The notes beneath the pieces are model-generated. The model was not told the origin of the DNA, did not search any database, and saw nothing but the letters and a program-made list of their open reading frames with translations. The position numbers and the translations under genes were made by a program. This document shows, piece after piece, positions 1-11,125 of a stretch of DNA of 64,000 bases. Location: NCBI RefSeq assembly GCF_006345805.1, contig NC_042998.1, forward strand, positions 85,002,001 through 85,066,000. The letters run 5' to 3'. Position 1 is the first letter of the stretch. Each line of letters starts with the position of its first letter. This DNA is from Octopus sinensis. Its lineage: Eukaryota.

Positions 1-398
1 GGTTTGTGCGTACGTATGCGTTTATGTATGCGTCTAATATATGTATGTATGTGTGTATGTATGAAACCAATTGAAATGACGTAAAGCGGTGTAATAGATC
101 TGATAAAAATATCTATAAACAATATTTACTACTAATACTGCGAGAAGTAAGTTTTATATTGTTGTTTATATCCAATATCGTCTTACACAGCAAGACAGAT
201 TTAGGTCGAAGTCTGTAAAATAGGTTCAGTTTGGAGGTCTTTTACTGTCTGAAGATTTACACATTATGTATGTGAGACCTTATCATTCATTTTTTTATCG
301 TTATTATCAGCAACACACCAGCAAATTTCCAGAATATTATAGGTCAGACGCATAAGCTACTCGACACGGCGAAGCGAATTCTAGTTGTGATAATTCCA

Positions 399-400
399 TC

Positions 401-497
<97 letters not shown>

Positions 498-506
498 ATA
501 TATATA

Positions 507-540
<34 letters not shown>

Positions 541-558
541 ACTCTGTCTCTCTATCTC

Positions 559-615
<57 letters not shown>

Positions 616-684
616 ATATATATATATATCTGTCTGTCTGTCTGTCTCTCTCTCTCTCACCCTGTCTCTCTGTCTCTCTGTCTG

Positions 685-731
<47 letters not shown>
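399..731. repeat. Compound microsatellite (ATCT)n/(TA)n/(TCTG)n/(TC)n
   Basis: Directly visible tandem units; explains the spurious 174-aa ORF 387-911. Confidence 0.97.
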
Positions 732-732
<1 letters not shown>

Positions 733-949
733 CCTTCCTACCTGTCTGTTTGCCAGCCTGTCTGTGCGCACGCGGACCTGTAAGCTTAACTGTGGTGCTT
801 CAGAAGTTGGCTTCCCAACATATTTTTGGATCCAGTATCTATGTGATTCCTTGGGCAAGTGTTTTTCCTACCATAGCTCTGGGCCGACCAAAGCCATACG
901 ATCGGATTTGATTAAAAGAGACTGAAAGACGATACCGTTGTGTATGTTG

Positions 950-1150
950 ATTCGCTAGCCTCTGCACGCATTTTTTTCTCTCCTTGTTTCTTTCTGTGTT
1001 TCTTTTCTGTGTATCTTTCTGTTGAAGAGCGTAGGCTCGAAACGTAAAAGACTTGTTTCATTTATATTCCTGAGCGCCATACTAATACAGTTGTTTGTTT
1101 GTATTCCACCTGCCTTCGTCTTTTGTTTATTTTCATAAAGCTTCCCGTTA
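950..1150 (+). mobile_element. Penelope-like element pseudo-LTR remnant ending in (TA)n
   Basis: Pyrimidine-rich run, then a hammerhead-like motif (1014-1051), then (TA)n from about 1149. The same layout recurs at 10880-11066. Confidence 0.55.
1014..1051 (+). ncRNA. Minimal type I hammerhead ribozyme motif (A6U core variant)
   Basis: Stem I TCTTT/AAAGA; core CTGTTGA; extra A; stem II GAGC-GTAG-GCTC; GAA; palindromic ACGT as stem III; GUA cleavage triplet with predicted cut after 1046. Confidence 0.6.
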
Positions 1151-1204
1151 TATATATATATATATATCTATATATATATATATCTATATATATATAATAT
1201 ATAT

Positions 1205-1238
<34 letters not shown>

Positions 1239-1574
1239 TATACATATATAACTATCCGAGAACAAGCGTCTGTTAGCGTCTTCTTATCTTGGTATCACGT
1301 GATAGTCGTAATCGAGCGTCACCATCATGCAAGCATTAGTATTCCTTTCCAGTTTTCCGTGGAAAACGCATCTGGTTATGGAGAAATATCACCTTACTTA
1401 GATGTAAGTGAAGGTTGGCGTCAGGAAGGGCATCCGGCTGTACATAATACGCCTTAACGAATTCCATCCGACCAATGCGAGCATGGAAAAGTAGATGTTA
1501 AAATCGCTGTTATTGCTGATGGTGATAATGATGTATCTATAACCTGCCATTCGTGTGTGAGTGTGTGTCTGTGT

Positions 1575-1875
1575 GTGTGTTTCAGTCATTACACTGTGGC
1601 CATGCTGGGGCACCGCCTTGAATAATTTTAGGCAAAGGAATCGGCCTTGGTACTTATATTTTTTAAAGCTTGCGACTTATTCTATCGGAAATTTTTGCCA
1701 AATTGCTAAGTTACGGGAGCTTCTTTCAGTTTCCGTCTACCAAATCCACTCACAAGGCTTTGGTCGCCCCGAGGCTCTAGTAAAAGATACTGATCTAAGG
1801 TACTATGCAGTGCGACTGAACTAGAAAACACGTGGTTGTGAAGCAAACTTCTTACCACACAGCTACGCCTACTCA
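1575..1875 (-). mobile_element. Abundant SINE family copy (ttcagtcatt...caaatccactcacaaggctttgg...cttaccacacagc)
   Basis: The same sequence recurs at about 6213-6330, 26640-27010, 34150-34320, 41450-41610, 54700-54900 and 55830-56410. Confidence 0.8.
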
Positions 1876-2052
1876 TACGCGCGTGCCTTATGTAAGATTA
1901 GATTAAATTTTGCAATGTATTCAGTCCTGATTTCAAAATTCAATTATTTTTACACCACAGCTGTCACCAGAGAGGAAGGTGCATGCGTATTGCAGGACAT
2001 TGTTGGAACGCTAAGCAAGACCTCATTAGTGATGCATTATTACGGATACCCT

Positions 2053-2682
2053 TAAGGCGACGAGCTGGCAGAAACATTAGCACGCTAGGCGGAATGCTTA
2101 GCGGAATTTCGACTGCCGTTACGTTCTGAGTTCAAATTCCACCGAGGTTTGACTTTGCCTTTCATCCTTTTGGGGTCGATAAATTAAGTACCAGATACGC
2201 ACTAGGGTCGATGTAATCGACTTAATCCCTTTGCCTGTCCTTGTTTGTTCCCTCTATGTTTAGCCCCTTGTGGACAATAAAGAAATAAGAAACATTAGCA
2301 CGCCGGGCGAAATGCTTAGCGGAATTTCGTCTGCCGTTACGTTCTGAGTTCAAATTCCGCCGAGGTCAACTTTGCCTTCCATCCTTTCGGGGTCGATTAA
2401 ATAAGTACCAGTTACGCACTGGGATCGATATAATCGACTTAATCCGTTTGTCTGTCCTTGTTTGTCCCCTCTGTGTTTAGCCCCTTATGGGTAATAAAGA
2501 AATAGAAATAGGTATTTCGTCTGCCGTTACACTCTGAGTTCAAATTCCACTGAGGTCGAAATTGCCTTTCATCCTTTCGGGGTCGATAAATTAAGTACCA
2601 GTTACGTACTGGGGTCGATATAATCGACTGCCCCTCCACCAAAAAAAATGCCGGGCCTTGTGTCTAAGAATAGAAAAGAATA
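2053..2682 (+). mobile_element. Head-to-tail trimer of the aaggcggcgagctggcagaa SINE
   Basis: Three successive copies of gttctgagttcaaattcc...tttcatcctttcggggtcgat (B-box-like GTTCAAATTC); copies 2 and 3 are 5'-truncated. Confidence 0.88.
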
Positions 2683-3187
2683 TATTCAGTCCTGTCTTAA
2701 GACGGTAAGCTCTGATTTAAAGGAGTTTTAGGTGTTGTTTCCAGCTGGTTGAAACTCACTCGCTGGCTTGGTTTTAATATTGTTGTTTATAGTTATGGTT
2801 ACCAAGCTGTAACTACGCCCCAACAACACCCTTAACGCCTCAATAATCACCTAATTCGCTTGATCTCATATACAAATAAATATATCTATCTGTAGATAGT
2901 GTCAAGCAGTCTACTTGATCTAGTTCATTCCAGAATTTTTTCTTGTTCTAATTTTCCGTTTCAGTTTTAACACTATTTTTCAGTTGAATGAAAGATATTT
3001 TTGTTACTGTTTTTTCCCCCATTTTCTTTTATACTTTTCGTATAATTATTTTTATTTTAAGAAGATTTTAAATTTCAATTATTTTTACACCACTGCTGTC
3101 ACCAGAGAGGAAGGCGTATGCGTATTGCAGGACATTGTTGGAAAGATAAGCAAGACCTCATTAGTAATACATTATTATGGACACCCT

Positions 3188-3306
3188 TAAGGCGGCGAGC
3201 TGCCAGAATCGTTAGAACGCCGGGCGAAATGCTAAGTGATATTTCGTTTGCCGCTGCGTTCTGAGTACAAATTTCGCCGAGTACTTTGCCTTTCATCCTT
3301 TCGGGC
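3188..3306 (+). mobile_element. 3'-truncated copy of the same SINE
   Basis: aaggcggcgagctgccagaatcgttagaacgccgggcg...tttcatcctttcggg. Confidence 0.8.
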
Positions 3307-3439
3307 CTTGATTATTATGGACACCTTAAACATTGATATACAAGGGCCGGCTGTGTATATCCATGTCGGGGTGTTATTGTTGCTTCGCAATAAATCAACT
3401 ATTATGAAGTATGTTTCAGTCTTGACCATCTCAACTTTT

Positions 3440-3760
3440 TTTTCAGTCACGAGAATACGAGGATCACATCATTCAATGTATCCTTTCTCAAGATTTGGGT
3501 GTTTCTAGCAGGTCATCATACTATGTAGATCTGGGGGTGGAGAACATTTTTAGTATTACGTAGAAATTACCTTTCATGACTTTTTCTAACTTTGAGAGCC
3601 AATAGCTTGAGATTAATTTTGCTTCGGCTAACTCTCTCTTCAAGTGCCATACCTACAGGCGTCGGCGACCATGGACATTCTTGCCAGTTGTGATTTTTCT
3701 TAGGAAAGATACAGCAATGGTTTTCCGTTCTCTCCTGCAGGTTTATTTACAGTTTACTTC
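3440..3760 (-). pseudogene. Possible heavily decayed R4/Dong-type LINE 3' end
   Basis: Minus strand, with frameshifts, gives LLET(A)QILRK and a VxDAxG-like segment resembling the IVVGALG...ALLGTAHILRK C-terminus seen at 14281-14420. Weak. Confidence 0.3.
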
Positions 3761-4748
3761 TCTAGTTTCTTGATCTCCTAAGTTTACACTTGAAGCTCAG
3801 TGTCTAACTAACCCTTAGGCAAGAGGACAGTTTTATTTGAAAGTGATATCGTAGCTTATCCACACAAGGCTTGTGTAACATGTCTCGGAGCCAGCCTGCC
3901 TTAAATATAGAACCGTCCTCGGCTATTTGATCCATAACTAGAGTCCTTGATAAATACTGCCGTTATGAGCCAGAGTGAACCTAAGAGTAGTGGTTGGAAT
4001 ATTGGTGATTTAGTGGGTAACTCCATATTCCTCAAAATTATTGAACTCTCGAGCTGGGTCTTTATCCTCGGATGCAGTTTCTTGTCTTACAAGAATTCAG
4101 CTGAATGCTGATGCTATTCATCAACTGCGCCAACACTGAAAGGTGGATAAAGTTATCTACACTTTTAAGAATTATAACCTTTAAGTGAAGTTTTAGTTTA
4201 TTTTTTGTTAAAATAAATGATATTTATAGCTATAAAATTGATTTTTTATAATGTCTGTTGTTATCTTATTGATTTCTTAAAATACTTTCTGTTATATTGT
4301 TTTCTTTACACCTTTACACGAGGACCAGAGTTTTGTAGTGGATTGAATACGACTGGTGTTTAGTGGTGTAATGTGGGACTTGGCCTCCCTGTGCGTTAGC
4401 TATATTGATTACCCACTTCCTTTAACGTAAATTTGGGTATGTGGTGTTTTGTCACAGCCGTTCCGGCGCCGCTGATTCGACGCTGGCTTCTTTGACATCA
4501 GACCTTTCTATATTTCTATCGTTTTTTCACTCCTCTCTTTCTCTGTCTCTCTCTCTCTTTCAATTTAAGTGTTGAACATATTTCTCTATGTGTATGTGGA
4601 GAGGGAAAGTATTTATGTCGTATTCATTTGTAATGTTTCTCTCTTCCATTCTCTCTATCTGTGTATATTTCTGCGTGGGACGTGCGTACATGCGTGTGTG
4701 TTTGCCTGCAGCGTCAAAAAGTACTATCGCCAAAAACAAGCTGAATGT

Positions 4749-4915
4749 CCAATCAGCCGTGCCACATATTCAGTGTACAAACAACATCGCCCAATCGTCT
4801 CGTTCCGGCGTAACATACTTACGGCACCAGCAAGCATTCACACACGTGTATAAAGTAACCGCCCTATCGACACGCACACTCCGCACACTTTGTGCTTGTT
4901 GATCCCGCGGTGAGG
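4749..4915 (+). promoter_or_regulatory. Candidate Pol II promoter and short non-coding first exon
   Basis: CCAAT at 4749-4753 and 4791-4795; TATAAA at 4849-4854; Inr-like CACT about 30 nt downstream (~4878); donor CG|GTGAGG with GT at 4910-4911; locally CpG-rich. Confidence 0.5.
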
Positions 4916-5307
4916 AAAGACAAGAATTAGTTGGGTTGAAGTGATGGTGGAATCAAACTATCCTCAAATCGGACACCTTGCCCAAATGCTTACAACACTT
5001 CCGTTAGATGCATCAAAACGCCGGTAGGCGGTGTTACAACATACGACGGATTAAGTTTCTTGCCAAGGGACAATAACGATCTCCGATGGGCTTCAGTACA
5101 GTTTCCGTCTGCCTAATTACCTCCATGAGATTTTAGGTCGACCTGAGGCTGTGTTTAGACGACACTCTAGGTGCCACGTAGTGGGATCGAACTGAAAACT
5201 ACGAAGGTTCGAAATGATTAGCCAGCCATACATGCGTTTAAATTGCAACAACAGCTATGTATAACTCCAGTTGTACTTGCACGTAAGTAAAGGATGAATA
5301 CACACAT

Positions 5308-5392
5308 ACTGCAATCCCTCGACTATTGCGGGCGTTACATTCCGAAAGCCCCGCGATAGGTGAAAATTCGCCCAAGTAGAAACAGTACTGTA

Positions 5393-5438
<46 letters not shown>

Positions 5439-5585
5439 TATTTTTATAATTGTATATATTTATTTTGTTATAAATGCAAGCCAACACCACGGAGGAATCG
5501 ACGTAAGCTTAAATAATAAACCGCGATAGGTGAACAGCGATAGATGAACTGCGATAGGTGACCCGCGATAAGGGAGAGAGAGGAG
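5308..5585. mobile_element. Tigger/pogo-derived MITE remnant
   Basis: Starts TA-ctgcaatccctcgactattgcgg, resembling a Tigger-type TIR; repeated GCGATAGGTGAA motif at about 5352 and 5522-5570; internal (TA)n. Confidence 0.4.
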
Positions 5586-6317
5586 AGGCAGATGCTGAGT
5601 TAGAAAGACGGGAAGACAGACAGGCAAACAGACAAGCAAGCACGTATACGGAAGAAAGGCAATGACCTGTAGAGAATGGGAACTGAACTTTATGGATACA
5701 TATACACGCATTTCTCAAAAGTATTTCAACAGAAATGAAAAGATCTGTAGTTTGCTGAGAATGGGATTTTGAGTTAAAACCAGATTCCGAAGGCAAGCAA
5801 AAACATGTCTCTACCCCTAAGGCACTCTGTTTTAAATTTGTAAAAACTATTCTAAAAGTTTAATTGGTAATCTAAATACCACTTTATATAACGAAAACAT
5901 TTGGCAGTAGAAATAAATATTTTAGTTTTGACTCTTATACACCTCGCTTTAAACTGGTGGTGGTGATATATGGTTTCCTGTTTGGGAAGTAAAAGAAAGA
6001 TCGGCTGTTTGACATTATCCAGGCTAAAGTCCACAACGAATAATTTGTGTGTGTGTGTGTGTCTGTGTGTGTGTGTGTGTGTGTGTCTGTGTGTGTGTGG
6101 TGTGTGTGTGTGTGGTGTGTGTGTAAACATACATAAATATGTGTACAAATGAATATTTGTTGAAACCCCCAGAGTTAGTGAGTTTACAAATATATACATA
6201 TATGTATATATATCTTTTACTCTTTTACTTGTTTTAGTCATTTGACTGTGGCCATGCCGGAGCACCGCCTTTAGTAGAGCAAATCGACTCCAGGACTTAT
6301 TCTTTGTAAACCTAGTA

Positions 6318-6319
<2 letters not shown>

Positions 6320-6360
<41 letters not shown>

Positions 6361-6422
6361 CTGACTGAAGCTGGGGTCCTCAGAAAAAATTCATTTGTAC
6401 ATATATGTATGGGTGTACGTGT

Positions 6423-6493
<71 letters not shown>

Positions 6494-6510
6494 ACACACA
6501 CACACACACA
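6320..6510. repeat. (TA)n and (CA)n microsatellites
   Basis: Directly visible. Confidence 0.95.
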
Positions 6511-7275
6511 CGTGTACTTATATACTATCCGACCAATTTGAGAAGGTTGTGCGTCAGAAATAAGGAATGTGCTAAATGAGTGACTGTTATATATGACAAT
6601 AACATGTAAAATGAAGATCCCATAAAAGAGAAGAGATTGTTTTCTAACTTGTGTGTGTGTGTGTGTATGTATGTAAGGGATAAACTATTTATGTTAGTTT
6701 TATACATCTGAATGTGATGAACTTTAAACAGAAACTATGTAACTATTTTTCTCTATTAACACCATATGGTTGACTTCTTTCTTTCTTTCTTTCTTTCTTT
6801 ATTTATTTATTTATTCATTTATTTAATAGAGTAGCTGTATGGAAAAATACCAAGGCATCAAAATGTTTTGAACTACGAGAAGAGAATATAATTATTCTCT
6901 AAATCTCTATCAAGCTTCCCATTCCGAAAATAGGGGTGTGGAACAAACAGTAGCTTGTTCGCATGTTTTATTTTCCTATAAATTTTTATTCATTTTATTT
7001 TAGTTATTATTTTTGTACATGCCGTTCTAATCTGGTGACTTAAGTTAAAGACTCCACCCTAGTGATTCCCAGCAAAAGAACGTTTTTTTTTTTCACCATA
7101 TCGCTATTAGTGATGTTTTAGATGCCGCCATGACAAAGTAAAAAGAAAATATGTAAATAAATAAATAAATAATCGTGCGTGTAAAACCCGACAGCTGACG
7201 ATAACGGGTCTCCCGTTATTCTCACTCTTCGCTTTTCCATTCTCTCTTTCCTTCTTCAATGCTGCCACATGCATT

Positions 7276-7625
<350 letters not shown>

Positions 7626-7984
7626 CATATACGTGTGTGTGTATATGGGGGTCTATTTGTGTATTGTGTGTGTGTGTGGTGTATGTATGTATGTATATAC
7701 TATAAGTGATTCCGGAAAGCAGTGTGCTCGACATAAATAGTTTTGCGTTGCATGAGCAAACAATTTCTTGGGGAGAAAAAACAAACAAACAAAAAAGAAC
7801 AACAAAAAAACATAAAATATTAAAAAGGAAGAAAGAATTTGTCCTAATATGGGCATTTATTTAATTATTTATTGAGATAACGATGACATCATGTAATTCT
7901 TCACCCGAAATATGTCATCAGAATCGTATGAAATTCTGTAAGCGATACGAGCTCTTAAAAGAAAACAGAAATTACACACATATG

Positions 7985-8066
7985 TACACATACATACATA
8001 CATACATACATACATACATACATACATACATACATACATACATACATACATACATACATACATACA
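7985..8066. repeat. (TACA)n microsatellite
   Basis: Directly visible. Confidence 0.95.
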
Positions 8067-9339
8067 TTCATATATGGTAATTAATGTCAGGAAATAATGC
8101 AAGAATACTGGTTATATTATATAGATAAAAAGAAATTGCCCCCCAGTATACCTCTAAAACCCCAGAGGAAGGGAAGAAGAAGGCTCCCCTTGCTGTGCTG
8201 AGTTCCAGATGAAAACTCTTGAATTGCTCATTAAATCTAATCCTGACAGGTGATGATGGTTGTAGTGATCGTGATGGTGAAGGTGATGGTAGTTGTGGTG
8301 GAAAACATGCTGGTTTCAAAACAGTCTTTACATCACATGAATATAAAAAAGCCCATTTTATTGTGTTATATAATAAATTCATCAATTAATTCTTGCTTAG
8401 CTCTCCAACAATGCCCTGTAATAGACATGCGTTCCCTTTCTCCCCCCCTCTCTCTATCAGTGACTGCAAAAAGATTATCATAGTGTTTGTTGGGATGCTT
8501 TTTCCAAAACATTTTTATTGATTAGGCAATTTAAAATAATGACAAAGGAAATTTTCTCAGGTATACATGAAGAACAAAGTTTTTTTTTTAAATATCTTTG
8601 TCGGAAGGAAAGACTGTGCTCATGACCCTTTGCGGGGCCACCGAGACATGTGTTAAGTTGACAGAAGGGAAATCCTCCCTGTTCAAACTGGAGACCTGGT
8701 CCAGGCACCGAAGGTGCCAGGTAGTAGTGATAAAAGCAAGTAGGCCATGGGAGGATTTAAACTCAGAAAGCTAAGAAGCGAGAACAAATAGCGCAAGGCA
8801 CCCAGTCCGACTTTGTTATAGTTTTGTGAATCCACCATCTTTGATTAGCACTGTTTCTTTCGATCTCGAAAAGATGAAACGTAAAGTTAACCTCGGCTGG
8901 ATTTGAACTCATTATGTCTGATGTTCTAAGTGTAGGGAAAGTGTGATGATGACATATAGGTTACCCGGATACAGAGGAGATCCGTTGTTCGGCTTGTTTC
9001 TCGCAGCTTTCAAGTGGAGCATAATTATTCTCAAATGTCATTGCCTTTGCAATGCTATTGAGAATTTCACCAATTTGAGATAATCACAATAGATTCATTA
9101 ATTGAACTCTAGTATTATTAGCTGGAACTAAACACCTTGTGGTCTTTAGTTACAGCTCTTATATATTACGTGTTCAAATCCCACAGAGTTAACTATGCTT
9201 TTCATTTTACCAGGGCCAATAACATAATGTATCAGTCAAATGTTGGCAGGGTGGGATTGATATTATCAGATAGTCCCTCCTTCCAAAATTTTAAAACCTA
9301 GCGTTTATATTAGAAATAATCTTTTGTACTCTAGGTACA

Positions 9340-9990
9340 AGGCCCGGAATTTTTGGGGAGGCGGCCAGTCGATTAGATTCACCCCAGTATGCAAATGGTA
9401 CTTAATTTATCGATCCCGAAAGTGTGAAATGCAAAGTCGATCCCGGCGGAATTTGAACTCAGAACGCTTAACGACATTTTGTCCGTCTTTATGTTCTGAG
9501 TTCAAATTACACCGAAGTCGACTTCGCCTTTCATCCTTTTGGGGTTGAGCACTGGGGTTAAATGCAATCGACTTAATCCTTCCCCCGAAACTGCAGGGAA
9601 TTGTGCCTGTCAGAAGCGTTAGAGCGTCGAGCAAAATGCTTAGCGGTATTTCTTTCGGTTCACCGACGTCAACTTTGCATGTCACCTTTCAGCATCGATA
9701 AAATAAAGTACCATTTGAGCACTGCTTTTGATGTAAGTGGCCTTCCCCGGCTTCCCACAAAATTGCTGGCTTTGTGCCAAAATTAGAAAGAATTACTGAT
9801 AAAATTAAGGCGGTGAGCTGGCGGGATCGTTAACGGATTGGAAAAAATGCTTAGCGGCGTTTCTTCCGGTTCTTTACCATTCTGAGTTCAAATCCCGCCG
9901 AGGTCAACTTTTGAGGGCAATAAAATGAATTACCAGTCAAGTGCTAGGTTAATCGACTGTCACCCTTCTTCTTAAAACTGTTGGCTTGGT
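9340..9990. mobile_element. Cluster of diverged SINE copies in both orientations
   Basis: cggcggaatttgaactcagaac on one strand and ttctgagttcaaat at about 9493, 9880; same family as 2053-2682. Confidence 0.7.
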
Positions 9991-10375
9991 TCCACAAATT
10001 CAAAGCAATTATAATTATTTTGCTTCTTTTTTGCGATGGCAATTCGCTATGACTCAGTCGCAGTATGTTGGTTTATTTGCTCTTTTCGCTAAGTAGGCAC
10101 ACAGCCTCAGATTTTAAAGGGTGCAAGGTGAAATAGATTGTGTGACGTTCATAAAGGTTTTTTAAAGTATATTAGTAATAAAAGAGAAGCAAAGTAGCTA
10201 CAACCGCCAACTGAAAATGTGTCGCAGACTTCATTACGCATAGCGAGTGTAGATACAACCCTGGGGTGCAGATCTCTAAATGGTCAATCGACAAACTAAA
10301 AATAGCAGCCAGGTTTTCCTCAAATCACACCCTCCTGCCCATAAACAAACCAGGACACATTGAATAGTGGAGTCT

Positions 10376-10407
<32 letters not shown>

Positions 10408-10512
10408 TGTATGTATGTATGTATGTATTTATGTGTGCATGTATCTATGTCTGCTTTTTCCTATATATATATTCGCACGCACACACACACACACACACAC
10501 ATACACACACAC

Positions 10513-10555
<43 letters not shown>

Positions 10556-10862
10556 GGAGGCGCAATGGCCCAGTGGTTGAGGCAGCGAACTCGCGGTCGT
10601 AGGATCGCTGTTTCGATTCCCAGACCGGGCGTTGTGAGTGTTTATTGAGCGAAAACACCTAAAGCTCCAACAAGGCTCCGGCAGGGAGTGATGGCGATCC
10701 CTGCTGTACTCTTTCCCCACAACTTTCTCTCACTCTTTCTTCTGTTGGTCTGCTCGCTTAGCCAGCGGGGTGGCGTCATTTGAAGGCTGAAACAATGCGA
10801 AGTGCATTGTGACCAGCGATGTGTAGCAACATCTGATAGCCTGGTCGGTCATGGATGTGACC
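10556..10862 (+). mobile_element. tRNA-Arg(TCG)-like-headed SINE, tail type A
   Basis: Head GGCGCAATGGCCCAGTGGTTG...ACTCGCGGTC...GTTTCGATTCC with A/B-box-like motifs; near-identical copy at 20417-20722. Confidence 0.85.
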
Positions 10863-10926
10863 TCGTGTGTACCGTTGGCGATTTTTTTCCTCTGTCTTCC
10901 CTTCTCTGGATCTTTACTTCTCCTAT

Positions 10927-10961
10927 GTTTCCGATGAAGAGCTCCGCTCGAAACGTTAAAC
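10927..10961 (+). ncRNA. Minimal type I hammerhead ribozyme motif (U4C core variant)
   Basis: Stem I GTTT/AAAC; core CCGATGA; extra A; stem II GAGC-TCC-GCTC; GAA; palindromic ACGT; GUU triplet. Followed about 100 bp later by (TA)n. Confidence 0.55.
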
Positions 10962-11059
10962 CCTCCTTCTTTCCTTCTTTCCTGAGCGTCCAATAATACT
11001 ATATTTGTATCACGTCCTCGCGTTGTTGTGTTTTTTTGTGCTTTCTTGTTTGGATTAAC

Positions 11060-11125
<66 letters not shown>

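Noticed and set aside
387-911. 174-aa ORF and the many YI/CV/HT/MYVC-repeat ORFs across the window
   Set aside because: They are translations of microsatellites with no protein signal.
1958-2053. AVTREEG... frame resembling a small-GTPase segment, duplicated at 3092
   Set aside because: No other GTPase motif and no donor site; better explained as a transduced flank.
8695-8722. Small hairpins CCTGG-T-CCAGG and GGCACC-GAA-GGTGCC
   Set aside because: Stems of 5-6 bp are expected by chance and no larger structure was found.
10556-10630. tRNA-Arg-like cloverleaf (also 20417, 41370-41440, 47140, 51624)
   Set aside because: No proper acceptor stem or terminator; each continues into a SINE body, so these are SINE heads rather than tRNA genes.
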